From Perkinsus chesapeaki ATCC PRA-425 (taxonomy: Eukaryota; Protista; Perkinsozoa), in contig JAAPAO010000041.1 of assembly GCA_013115145.1 (NCBI GenBank), positions 1 through 64,000 of the forward strand: DNA of 64,000 nucleotides. Reading direction: 5' to 3'. A program made the position numbers and the translations under genes. Below, one piece after another: positions 47,201 to 59,525 of this stretch. Each line of letters starts with the position of its first letter. Positions within the stretch are counted from its first letter, which is position 1. The notes beneath the pieces were generated by a model. It was not told the origin of the DNA. It saw nothing but the letters and a program-made list of their open reading frames with translations, and made no database searches.

Positions 47201-50200
47201 GCCGGAAGCTGTATTTAACAACTGCTAGCTTTAGTCTGTTGATTCCCTTTTTTAGGTCAGCTACATTGCTCGGCTTACTCGTGTCCTGTCAAGGCCAGGC
47301 GGGCATGCTGTTCTGTTGAGTGAGCAGGGCAGCGTCGGCAAGGCCACAGGAGTGAGAATCGCCTGCACTCTAGCAGCGCTCCAGATGCGGGAGATAGATG
47401 CCTTCCTCATGGAGGAAGCAAAGATCTTGAGAGAGTTGCAGCAACTCGCAGAGGTGCTATTGGAATGATAAGTCATTTTCCAGCGATTGCTTTCCAGAGT
47501 CCCTCAGAACTGGTGGTGCTGGTTGTACGTAACGCTCATGCGTTAAGTGACCTTGCTCTGCAGGAAATATCGGGAATCCTGGCCAAAGTTAGTTCCTATA
47601 CCATCGCTACGTCTAGTGTGTACTCTTCCTTGTTTCAGAGTCAGTGGCATGATACGTGTAGCTCCGACGAGCATCCCTCTACGACGCGCAGAAGGCAGGT
47701 CTCGCGCAACCACACAGTCGTGTTTCATCAGCCCTCTTGGGCAGATCACAGGTTCATCTTGCTTTGACTGTCGATCATCCGTCAGCTGAAGGCCTCCTAG
47801 AATCCTGGGCTGCTGGGTTCCCAAGGCTCATCGAGTCGTGCGCCAAGCTCAGGTGCTTCTTTAATGTCGTTGTAAGAGGGATTTGTCTATCAGAATACCT
47901 CAATGGGATGATAGCAAGCGTTGTATGGCGATAAGGGCGGTGCTGGAGAGGATGGGGAGCCCAGTGGGGGGTGCTGATGTAGGCTAATACTCAGTGTAAC
48001 TATCAATCAAGTGTCTTCTGCCATCAGGTCGATCGACTGGTAGAGGTCTTGCTCCGGTTGCGGAAGGCTACTCCGATAGCTGTGAACGATCGATCACTGC
48101 TGGTGATGGCCCGGCGGTTTTGCAGAGTATACGAGGATAGGCGAAAGCGCCTTGAGGAAGTGGATGGAATCCCCGCCTTGTATACACTGATGCGGTTTGT
48201 TACAGGCTGGGGCAAGGTTACGTGGTTGCTGCCAGCGTCTAGATGGCATTGCAAAGTGGATCGAAGAGAAGGAGAAGGTAATCTCCGTGGAGCTACAGCC
48301 TAAACACGATAAGCTGAAGGCGGAGGTCGACGCCATTGTGGTAGTGTATGGTACTCTTTATTCCCTACTGTGAACTCAACAGGAGCTCCTGGAAGCACAA
48401 CAGGCTAATGCTTCTGAATATCGTGATGAAATAGAAGAGGGAGCGGCTAGGGCTGACCGTCGAGCCAGTGAAGTAGCTCAGCTGTGCCGAGAGGGGCCGC
48501 TTTTAGCTTGCCTGCTCTCTGAGGTGCGTAATTTACGGATTGAATACGAGAAGGAGCTAGGACCGACCAAGGAGGCTTTAGAGGAGTCAATAGCCGGGAT
48601 GGCTGGCTATGCTCCAAGTGATGTTACCTTAACCTTTGCTGCTGATAATCGCCCAGTGTTCAGATGTTGTAGTAGAGGTATTAGAACTAGTGCCTACACC
48701 GGATGCCTCAATGGATCTACTAAACGCCTTGTACACCTTAGTTGCTGAAGGTATAGCTGTGGTAATTCTAACTGGCAGCTCTCCCATGTAGAGGACCATG
48801 TGGCAAATGACTGGGAGAGCACACGGGATGCGTTGATGGAGCTGAGCAGCTCGGGGAAGCTAGCATCCAGCTTGATGGGCTTGGATGCCGAGAAGCTTAC
48901 AGAGGCATCTCTGGCTGCAATGAGGAAGTTGGAATGCGTGGATTCAGTGAAGTATAATGTAGGCGAGCTGCGTGGTATCAAGCCGGATGCCCTCGCTCAT
49001 AGGAAGCCCCGAAGATGCCATCGTTGTGGATGCACTCGCTGCACTCGCTTATTATTGCTTTATTGACTCATCAGGAAGCGCTCCACCGCCTACAGCCGCA
49101 GCTTGCCAAGATCACCGAAGTCGAACAGGTAGCTCGCAAATGCGTCTCAAGTTCCAGCAGGAAGGTCAGGAACTAAGCATCATAAGAACTGATCAGGAGG
49201 TCCAGAAAGCTGATCTGGGCAATGCAGCGGGGGTGGGCGAAGATACCACCTCAAGGCTGGAAGCAGCTGAAACCGAAAGGGCCGAGACGGAGGCGTCCAT
49301 CGCAGCCTTGACGGAACGGCTAGCGAGGGCTCGAACTGTATATGAGGTAAATTGTGGACGCCTCGGTTGGATCGTCAATGTGGTTTGGTGGAAGACGATA
49401 AGTGTGTATTTTCAGGCGTGCAAGAGGATGAGGGAATCTGTATGGGAGCCACGTTACTCTGCGGTAGAGGCTGAGATGTTGGCATTGACGGGCGACGCCC
49501 TGCTTGCTGCCTTTTTCCTCACCTGCCTCGCCGGTGCTCCGCCCACCGATCGCGCGAAGAGTGTCTCTGTATGCAAGAGCATACTTACCGATCTGGCTCT
49601 ACCGTTCAGTGAGAAGTTATCCATATTAGATATCATATCACCTCACCCAGTAGAGGTAGGCGTGACAGCGTCTTGGAACCATGAGAAAGCGCTTGCACGA
49701 GCAGTGACGGTTTATTTAGGTCACGAAGTGGCGAGCGGAGAGAGTTCCGGACAGCCTAGTTGACAGCGTTGGCATTCTGCACTACATAACCAACGTTGAG
49801 GGCAGGTTGGCGCTTATTGTAGATCCGCAAGGGAGGGCTTTGAAATGGATTAAGTCCCACTTGGTCTCGCTAATGGTGTGACAGCACCTTCGGCATGGTT
49901 CACATTGGCTGGTGGTTATTAGATAGTATCCGCTGCTTCACCTTCTGAGATCCCAACAACTGTCAGAGAGGCATCGGCGTCGAAGGGTGATATCTTGGTT
50001 GAAGACGACAGTGAGCCCTCGCGGACTCCTGCTGTAGCTCCCACCGCGGCTTCATTCGTAGTGTCAGAGGATGCAGTCGCCGCGGTGTTCAGAACGCTGG
50101 AGGAAATAAGAGCTAGGATGCCCAATGGAGAGAAATCGCCTCCGAGGTAAGTGTGATACTTTCCCTCCGACTACAGGATGTATTGTTTGTTCCGAACTTG

Positions 50201-53200
50201 TTTGTGTTTAGGATATATATCGTTACTACACAGCCCATGTCTCCTTATGTCAAGGATAACTGCCGAAGGGAATCGTTCGATGTGTTTGACTTCACTCTAG
50301 AAGCGAGTGGTATGGGCGCCATCGTCGTTGATGCGGTGAGCTGCCGCGTGCTTTGTGACGTTTCGTAGCGCTGTAGTTGCAGATTGTCGATGAGATGGAG
50401 CCCCGTCTCGAGCTTCAGAGGCAAAGTCTTCAATTGATGAGGATATCGGATTCAACAAGATTAGATGAGTTGGAACGTGATCTGTCGAAGCAGCTACTTG
50501 CCCCCGACGCTGATGGTGGAGAGGAAAGCATTGTCATCAGCAATGAGGCCGTGACGTCTATCTGTAAAAATACTGCTTACCACCAGGAGATAGGTCGTAG
50601 TGGCCTTGGTATTGATAGGCCGGACGTGTGAGGAGATTACAAGCCTCAGGGAGCAGATCTCTGGCCATTGTAGCTTGCCCACAGCTATGGAGGAAGTCAT
50701 TCATAAGTAGGCTTAGCAGGATAAGTGTCAATTGCCGACAGCAATTGTGACAGATACAGCCCATTGAGGAGCAGCATAACTGCTGTATTGAAAATCATTT
50801 CATCATTGACGAAGCTAAACCCTTCATACCGGTAGTCACATCATCTCGTGCAATGTCCCCGCATCGTCACCGGCGGACGGCTCCATGCCGTTCTCACAAT
50901 CACTCCAGCACATGACAGGTTCTCCATCGATGCGTTGACTAAGGGATGCTTATTTGCACTGCGCGACAAGCATGATAAAGATCCATCCGAAATGGCAAAG
51001 TTGTGCACGGAACAACTCGTGAGAATGGCGCTGCTTGGATGCGCTGAGGTAGGGGTCCTCGCGTAGTGGACTAGTGCCGGCGCACTGTAGGCCGATCGCT
51101 TTGTTGCTGCTGTTGGCTTTGCCTTCGCATTGGAATCGTTGGTCTCTCCTCGACCAGAGGCCTATGATCTGTACGCTGCGCTGCTGTGCAAAGGAACCAT
51201 CTCTGACGAAGTGGACGGTAAGTCAACTCTCCCGAGCTGATTCCGGTTGCCGGCGTGGCTCTTTATGTCGGGTCTTGTCAGCAGCAGCAACATGCATGCC
51301 CCAGAGCCTTCAGACCGATGCACAGTGGGTTACTGAAGATATTTGGGACAATCTGAACAAACTGTGAGCCATTGAACAGTGAATCGCGGTGGATTGTACA
51401 ACTCCTATGATAGTCAACGCGCCGGTGGTTCGTTGTCGGACATCACGGTGAAGCTTATCGAGGACCCTGCTAGCTGGACTCGCCTACGAGCATCTGGCGA
51501 CGATTGGCCTATTAATTTGAGTGCTCTTGAAAGAGCTGTTGTATCACAGGCGATCGAAAGCGACTTCGTCGTAAGCTAGATTCCTAAGACAACGCTGAGG
51601 CTTGCGCCTGTAGAGTCAACACCTGCAAGAGTTAGTTTCTGACAAGCTGGTCTACCCTTCATTATCAACCTATTATAATATGTTACGTGCTCTTCGATCT
51701 TTGCCTTCGAGAGACTTTCCCTTTATGGTTTTATGCGGAGGAGCATTAAATATCCAATATCAGTTGGACGTCCTTTATCAAATGCTTGTAAGCTGCAGTG
51801 TAGCTGGTGTGCAATAGCTGAGTATCCAGGGCATTTCCCCGGAGCTCCTCGCGGGTGTCCTATCAGTCGCAGACGTCCAGGTTGATACGCTCACCAGCGT
51901 CATTACAGAGGCAGCAAGGTGCGACTTCCGTGGGCCACGTGGCTTTGAAAGCTCCTTTACGAGTAGTCCTTTATCTCAAATACGACCGGCTCCCTCAGTT
52001 CCGGTCGAATCGTTATATTACGCGACGTGGACTTCGGAGGTAGCGTAGTAATCGAGGTCTTCCAGCTGATACAGGGATATGCTGATGATGGTGGCTCGAG
52101 ACCGCTAGAAGGCTTCCGGATTATACTAGTTGTTGAAGATGTGTCGAGGCTGTCCGAGAAGGTGGCAAGTTGCTAATATTCATCACGGCAACAATACTGA
52201 CAGATACTTAGCTCGAGTGTGATGGTATCCGTGCCCGAGTCGTGGATCACAGATGCTACTCAACGACTGATGTAGGGGCTACAGATTTAGTTTGATGGCA
52301 GACCGTCTGAGATCGAATTTACGATATCCTTGCAGATTTCCAGAAGAGCATGCCGCTGGAGGTCAAATCTCCGGAGTGGACGAGTCCAGCCGTCTCCAGC
52401 AGATCTTATTTCGGTTGGATCGTGGAAGATCACTTATGTACACAAGCCGGGGTTTACACGTCTCGAGCTGCTCGCAGCCCTCTATAACTTAATTACCTCA
52501 GGGACCACAGGCTAGCTGCAAGAGGGCTCGCAATGGCTATAGGTTGTGCACAGCCAAGCGGCGCTGAACTTACGGCACATTTTGAAGAATTCCTTCTACG
52601 GGACGTGATCCTTGGCAGCAACAGTTGCACAGTAGCCGCAAAGGAAAGTACGAGTGGCCAGACATTCCGGAAGACCAAGGCTGCATCTGTCAGGACTCGA
52701 CCTGCTTTACAATGAAGCTTTAGCAGCAGCCCGACTGCACCCGTGCTATAGCGAGTAAATATGATGCATCTTATTCCTCAGCAAGTGCCAGCAATTTAGG
52801 ACCATACCAACGGAGACGAATGTCGCATGGGACGACAAACAACGTAGGTCGCAGCTAATCACGAGCATCATTAGAAGTTGGCTTTTATAGGCTATGGGCT
52901 TATGGCCCTTCTCGGCGTCACGCCTCTTACTTCTTCTCAAACGAGTTCAGAATCGGCCACTGAAGTTGTTTTACTCAAAGCACTTGCCTCTTCAGCTCTA
53001 ACGTGAGTTTTTTCGAAGTTTCATCTTTGCTCGCAGTGATTGGATAGTTTGTGTAGATCAACGGACGTTAAAGAACAAGGTTTGGTACACGCTTTGGCGG
53101 CCGAGTGCTCTTCATTGAACCGCACCATGGCGGAGCTCCAAATGTCGATGAACTATTCAGATTTGGCAAAGCACCTCCAGCGGATACATCTGCAGAAGGA

Positions 53201-53823
53201 ATTCCTGCAGAGCTGGTAGCCACACTTATTTTTACATTTGATTGATAATGAACGACCAGGATCGATCAGGGCCTGCCTACCGTGTGGCCGTTGAATCTCT
53301 TTTCACGTACCAGTCGATTGCTACTGTCTTATCTACAAAACACAGAAATCACAGAGGCCGAGGGATTAGTTTGGAGACTAACGGCGCTTCCTGCAGGGAC
53401 GGAGCTCCAGCAAATGATGAACGACTTCGTGACTGTAAGTGTCAGGGTAGGGAATACCGGAGGAAAAGCCTGTAGGTATCTGGCCTACATGTTGTGAAGG
53501 GCGAATGGATTAATGGTGCTTTACGCTCCTCCGCATCAGTGAGCGTCAGTCCCAACGCCTTGCCCATTATGGTCCTCTCTGCCACCACGCGCCACCTCGT
53601 CGAAGGCCGGGAGCCATCGCGGTATACTTGTATCCCACTTTATTGCGGCCCAGAGTGGGTTAGAGCGCATCTTGTTTATTTTAATGGTATTTCGCTCAGC
53701 CCTATTATCGATGTTGCGGTACCGGTGGAGGACGAGGAATCAAGAGTCCAGTTGGCGGCGAATGAGGCTCGCATTGTTTTGCTCGGTTCATGTCGTCATG
53801 ACGCATGTCACGTAGTCCGATGA
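38260..53823 (+). CDS. Highly divergent dynein heavy chain
   Basis: Linker WESRIKY..YGYEYVG..RLVMTPRT; AAA1 region GPSGKGSLV..KDIDR; AAA2 GPSCSGKST..WFIFDGP..VLDAG.LTLSSGDRM; AAA3 GPRGSGKSAV..IEDLHL; stalk coils ~48300-49450; AAA5 LALIVDPQGRALKWIK; C-terminal YTCIPLY..VAVP..LL ending at TGA 53821-53823. Confidence 0.85.
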
Positions 53824-54023
53824 TTATCTCTTATGCTTGGTTGTCGAGTTTTCACAGTTGTGCTGAGCGTAACATCAGGAAATATTTTTCATCATGAGAC
53901 CGCATAGGTCACCACTACAACCAAGTCATCGAACTGAAATTGCACTGTTGGTCGATAAGGCCATTTCTGTCTTACAGAGTGAGCCTTATTTTGGCTCCAT
54001 AGAGGACACAGTGTCTTGTTCCA

Positions 54024-55816
54024 GTGACTGTATCGGCTTTGGCCCGTGAACGCGACATTCTCGATGATGAGTGGCGACGCTTGGAGGAGGCCGATCAGAG
54101 CGATATGGCAGGTGTCCACGATCATTCTGTGTCAGCGGATCGTTCTGGTGAAGCTGGTGGCGTGCCATCAATTGATGAGGGAGCGGTAGGGACACAAGTT
54201 GTTCATGTACACGACACTTACTCATCTCTCGAGTAATTGTCAGGTTAGTGTATCGGACCTTATCCCTGCGACGCCCCGAGGGACCGATCCAGTAGCAGCT
54301 GCAGCGGCTGTTGCTGCGATGGACTTCGACCCACAAGCCGCTATTTCACCGATGAAGGCTGCTCAGGCATCTCGGCATCTCCTTCCTCGGGGAAGAGGGA
54401 GCCGTCGGTCAAGTGGAGTACCTGGCGTGAGTTGGCATTCTCAAACAGGTATCTACATTGCTTGCTTCATCACTAGTGAGCTGGTATTTCAGGGCGATGG
54501 GTTGCGCGATGGACTGGCGAAGATAAAAAAGAGCATTCAAAAGGCTTCTCTGCTAAACGCCACGGGGATGCCAAAGCCCTTCAGATGGCTGTTGGTGAGT
54601 CGGCTAGTCCGCCCCCTTGTGGGCCTCCTGATAATGGTGTTTTCAGCAACTAGAAGAGCCATGCACGTTAGGGCATCTGACCATCCCACGCCCATCGTTG
54701 GAGATACGTCTATTACTTCCCCTTCGGATGAAGCGGAACAGGACGAGGAACCAGCAGCCAAGAGGAGTCGGGACGAAGGCCAACTTTGTATGGCCACAAC
54801 ATCTGAAGTGGCCCTGATATATTTGCCAGATGAAACCATATCAGCGTTAGCTCAACTTGCAAGTGATCCGGCGCTTGGCCACCCAGGACCACCTGATCGT
54901 ATTGCCAGTGTAGAGGACTGCTTGGCTCTATGTGATCTCGGCACGGTATCGTATTAGCATTAGCGTGATCCTCACTATTCTCTGTACTGTCAGCTGGGGT
55001 CACACCCCCTCAGCCCTGAAGGAGAGCGAGAAGTGGCCGAGGCAGTACTACCGCCCCTCCCTGAAGGGGTTCATGCCAGTTCAGACCGTCCCAGTGGTGT
55101 AAGAACTTGCTTTAGTCTCGACCATGTCTCTGTCATCGTCATCCTAGGTACAAGGCATAACTTGGCACCCGCTCAATCGAACATGGGCAACACGGTGGCG
55201 CGAAGCCGAAGGTCAACAACGAAGCAAGAGCTTTGCCGTGTCTAAGTATGGCGATGAAGGGGCTTATAGGCTCGCTATACGCTTACGGAAGGTATAGTGA
55301 TTAACACTTGGCAAAGCTAGAATCGTATTGGTTCTTTTTCAGTTGTTGGAAGAGTTAGGTTTTATCTCGCCTCATCTTGGGCGACCATCAGATCGAGGCA
55401 CGCCACCGATGTCGGCTCTACCGAGCACTGAGGCTTGGATTCCGAGTGCTATACCGGTCCCTGAGGAGCAGGCTTCAGAACTGCAAGTCGTACCACACCG
55501 TGGCCCTGGCAACAAAATGAGAAGTGGTGTTCCTGGTGTAACATGGAACGAGACTTATCAGATGTGGGTAGCTCGTTGGCGAGAAGAGCCCAAAGGTGAG
55601 CTTTACTAAGTGTTAGCCGATCAAAACTTAAGATTTTTGTTAGGTCGGGAGAACAGCAGAACGTTCTCTGTCAAGCAATACGGTGCTAACGAGGCTCTGC
55701 AAATGGCAATTGATTATAGAAGAATGATGGAGGATGTCGGTAGAGTATGTCTCCCAAGAGGAGCTACTCCTTCCAATACCATATCTCATCACAGTGATGC
55801 AGCAGATCATCAATAA
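54024..55816 (+). CDS. ApiAP2-type transcription factor with three AP2 domains
   Basis: AP2-1 GVPGVSWHSQT/GRWVARWTGEDKKEHSKGFSAKRHGDAKALQMAV (~54415-54595); AP2-2 VQGITWHPLNRTWATRWREAEGQQRSKSFAVSKYGDEGAYRLAIRLR (~55148-55291); AP2-3 SGVPGVTWNETYQMWVARWREEPK/GRENSRTFSVKQYGANEALQMAIDYR (~55522-55722). Start uncertain. Confidence 0.85.
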
Positions 55817-55904
55817 TCTAATAATACTGCTGGAGCAAGCATATTTCTATGCTTCATGTCGAGTTCAAACGCGATACTTTTTACAGCGATTTTGTGTGTT
55901 TTAT

Positions 55905-56746
55905 ATGTCTCGGCTGAAAGCGAGTCTGAGGATTAAAAGTGAGAGCTCAGTCTTATCCTTTGGTGATGAAAGCATCTTGCAGATGACCCAATCGTCAATC
56001 ACTTGGTCAACGCAGCCCCTTTCTTCGAGGACAATCTAGTGCCAGACTTCGCCGTCGAGACCAACACTGCAATATTATACATTACGTAAAGCTGAGATGA
56101 AGTGCCGCCATATCGGCTCGGTATAGGTTAGGCACCTATCGTCGAAAGCGTGACGAGGTTTCGAGACGTGTCCGTGAGCTAAGTCGAGTGGTGCCTCCAT
56201 ATCGCGTTAACGTCTTGCTATGTCTGGTAATGTACATTGAAGATGCTGTCTTTATGTCCACTTGCATTCGCCTTAGGTTGACATCCCAGCAGCTGAAGCA
56301 GGAGAGTGTCTTGAGTCTCTCAATTTGATAGCAGTCCAAACCGGTCTTTCTCTTATACTTGCGTGGTCTAATGTTGAAGCATCTAGATACGTTCAAACGC
56401 TATATAAGTACCAAGGTACGTGCAATGCTGTTGGACTGTATATATTTTATATTACTCAGGCAAAGAAGCTTCTATTATACGGGGCATACATCGTGTAGCA
56501 GCCGAAGATACTGTTGGTCGGGCCGAAGAAGCTTTAACGGCTGTTCGAGGGTCTGCAAGCAAGACTGATGTTAAGAATCTCTTCAAGCGTCACGGGTACG
56601 TAATTAATATGTTCTTAAGATATAGACACCATTTCAGGAGCTTCAAGAACATTATATCGGCTTCTAAGGGTGACTTAATGCAGATACATGGCATTGGAGA
56701 GGCAAAGGCGCAAGTCCTAGACCGATGCTTCAATGAGAGATTCTAA
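55905..56746 (+). CDS. ERCC1: DNA excision repair protein ERCC1/Rad10
   Basis: VPDFAVETNTAILYI, RVNVLLCL, LSLILAWSNVEASRYVQTLYKY, HhH region EALTAVRGSASKTDVKNL..FKNIISASKGDLMQIHGIGEAKAQVLDRCFNERF*. Confidence 0.9.
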
Positions 56747-56868
56747 CACAACTTCCAACCTTGCATCGACGCCGTACGTGTCGAGTTGCGTGGCGTATCG
56801 ATCGACAGGGCGTGCGCGTTATCGCTTCCTGTAGAGGGCTTTTTACGTGCAGAATTTCGTTCTTGACA

Positions 56869-58629
56869 ATGGCTTCTTCTCATTCGTCTCCTTCACCAGA
56901 GTCGCCTTTTACTGGTCATACCGTATCGTTGGACGATAGAGCTAATATGTTGGGCTCACCGTCCATACGAGCTAAGTCAGGTGGAGTATCTACTAAGACC
57001 GCTGATGGATTTGTCAACGCCACATCATCTTCAGCGGCTGATGATTGTGTGAATGGTACATCAGCGGCCGTGGCATTTGGTGTACCACCGTCCCAGTCAT
57101 CGCCTTATCATGGATTCGTCGATGATTCGGCGTCGTCTACCTTTGGATATCATGATAGCATATTCTCGGATCTCAATCTAAGAGTGTCTATGAAAAACTC
57201 CTTCTTAAATATCGATGAGCCAAGCGCTGGTGGCCTCGATGATTTGGCAATGCCAGAACTTACTCGTGGCCAGACTGCCCCAGGTATCTTCCCTTCTGGC
57301 AGACGTGACATTGATTCACAGATCCCTAGTGCCGATTCTCAAGTACCCCTTATTGGTCTATCCTGGTCACCAGTTATGCATTCGCTTCCAGAGGAAAATG
57401 CATGTTGTGGCAATCTTTCTTCTGGACCGCATGGATCAATGGATGGTCACTCCGACCATGATAGCTCGGATTCCCATGAATTAGCTGCTACCATATCTGC
57501 CGCATTGGGACTGGAAAGCAGTAGGGATTCTGATGTTGCTTCTATTTTGGGAGCTGCCGCTGCCAGAGCGGATCAATCTGGGCAAGATATGGATGCATTA
57601 AGACTACAGAATCAGATATTAACCAATGCGTTATTTTCTATCGCAGCTGCCAACGAAAGGAGACAGCAGCAGAATGGTGTTGATGGTGGTGGTTTGCATT
57701 ATGGTCGCTCACATGATGATTTACAGCTGGCTCACGGCAAATCCGTAGCAGCTCAGTCCCCTTCTTTCCCTTGTAATACTAATTTTGCACCCATTGCTCC
57801 TGGAAGCAGCAGCTGTGGGAGTAGTACTATAACTCATAGTTCTGGATCTCCCCCTATGGGTGTTGCTGTGGGTCCACCCCCTCCACCAGAGGAAGGAGAT
57901 GACGATATCAACAATACGACGGTTATGCTTCGGAACATTCCTAATAAGTATGATACTCGGTCACTTATAGAGCAAGTTCATCTTAAAGGTTTTGAGGACA
58001 CCTTCAACTTCTTCTACTTACCGATAGATTTCAGAAATAAATGCAATGTGGGATATGCATTTCTAAACTTCAGGCAGCATTCGAGAGCTCTAGATTTTAA
58101 GCGAGCGTTCTCTAATTATAGACTTCCGGCTCAGAATTCCCATAAGATATGTCAAGTCTGCTGGGCTCGAGTACAAGGATTTGATAAGAATGTTGAGCAC
58201 TATAGAAACTCGCCTATTGCTGAAGAGTATAGGCCTCTTATTGCCGACAAGGAAGGTCGGTGGATTCCTTTTCCCAAGCCCGATCCTCATGTAGAGGAGA
58301 TTATTCGTGCCCGTATAGAACAAGAAGAGATGGCTAGAGCATCAGGAGGTAATAAGAAGGGTCATGGTTCAGCATCAACTAAAGGAAAAGAGAGTCATAA
58401 GATATTTGTCGGAGGCTTGGCTCGAAATACTACTAGCAGTGTACTTCGAGATCACTTCTCTAAGTTTGGTGACGTTAAGGATGCTTCAGTAGTGATGGAT
58501 CGTACTTCTGGGAAGAGCAGAGGTTTTGGGTTTTGCCTCTTCGACCACGATGTTCCCAAGTCCGTATTTGAGACATCTCACGAGATCGATGGAGTGCCAG
58601 TTGCCGTGAAGTACTATTCGTCCAACTGA
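56869..58629 (+). CDS. Mei2-like RNA-binding protein (Mei2-type RRM plus C-terminal canonical RRM), intronless
   Basis: TTVMLRNIPNKY..FNFFYLPIDFRNKCNVGYAFLNF..KICQVCWARVQG (Mei2 RRM3 signature), then KIFVGGL..SGKSRGFGFCLF; long disordered N-terminus; ATG 56869 is in frame with the listed ORF. Confidence 0.92.
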   Translation: MASSHSSPSPESPFTGHTVSLDDRANMLGSPSIRAKSGGVSTKTADGFVNATSSSAADDCVNGTSAAVAFGVPPSQSSPYHGFVDDSASSTFGYHDSIFSDLNLRVSMKNSFLNIDEPSAGGLDDLAMPELTRGQTAPGIFPSGRRDIDSQIPSADSQVPLIGLSWSPVMHSLPEENACCGNLSSGPHGSMDGHSDHDSSDSHELAATISAALGLESSRDSDVASILGAAAARADQSGQDMDALRLQNQILTNALFSIAAANERRQQQNGVDGGGLHYGRSHDDLQLAHGKSVAAQSPSFPCNTNFAPIAPGSSSCGSSTITHSSGSPPMGVAVGPPPPPEEGDDDINNTTVMLRNIPNKYDTRSLIEQVHLKGFEDTFNFFYLPIDFRNKCNVGYAFLNFRQHSRALDFKRAFSNYRLPAQNSHKICQVCWARVQGFDKNVEHYRNSPIAEEYRPLIADKEGRWIPFPKPDPHVEEIIRARIEQEEMARASGGNKKGHGSASTKGKESHKIFVGGLARNTTSSVLRDHFSKFGDVKDASVVMDRTSGKSRGFGFCLFDHDVPKSVFETSHEIDGVPVAVKYYSSN

Positions 58630-59525
58630 AATGTAATGCTCCTACTTTGTTCACGTATCTGGGGCATTTGTCATAATTACTGTCTATGGTTGTTGCCATT
58701 ATTGTCTCTCTCACGCACAGGTAAGCAGCCTATTGTTGCGAGTGAGAATTGCTGTACTTTGTATTTTTAGGGTATCATAGCATTGCCAGAGTGAGGCCAT
58801 GTGTATTTGGAGTCCTCCGAACTTCATAGCTTTTACTCTGGTCACTCACTAAGTTGTTCAAGAAGTTGATGTTCATGCTGAAGCGGCTTACAGGCAATAT
58901 TATTATGGGTAAACTGTTCCACTACGAGGTTTAGTGCCTATCTGGCAATATGCTGTTATGTATACCCCTTTCATAACGTTTCCGACTGAGAAGGTTAGCC
59001 CATCACGATAAGTTAGTTGTACACATTTTCCTGTAACATATCACGAAGTTCTCAGTAGTGGTTAGCAGTGGTACACTGAGCGATCAGCTTTCCGCTTTGC
59101 TGCATAGTAGGCCGCCGATCCCCACCATGTGGAGGAACTGTGGTTGATATGCATTGGAAAGCGTCTTGAAGAAGCTCTTTTATTCACATGCGTCAGAATC
59201 AGGGCATTCTACTTGTACAGTTTGCTCTGAGTGTCTATGAAGATCGCCGCAAGCCTGCTACTTGTTTTGACATATGATGATGATCTCTACCGTTTTACCA
59301 TTGTCTTATCAAAGCCATCGATAGGCTTCTGCTGTACTGCGTGAGACTCGTCACATACCCGCCCAACTGCTTCCACCGTTTGCTACTCCACTAACATCGC
59401 CCTATTCATTATAATGCCCACAATGTCAGTGTTGCGTAGTAAACAAAGCTAGTAGTAGTAGAAGCAGCATACCGACTGCAACTCCTTCATCTCAGCGTTC
59501 CCCAAGTGTCAGAGCATTTGTTGCG

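Noticed and set aside
56761-56868. Upstream TTG start given in the ORF track for the Mei2-like gene
   Set aside because: Begins 15 bp after the ERCC1 stop and contains acceptor-like sequence; ATG 56869 is the more plausible start.
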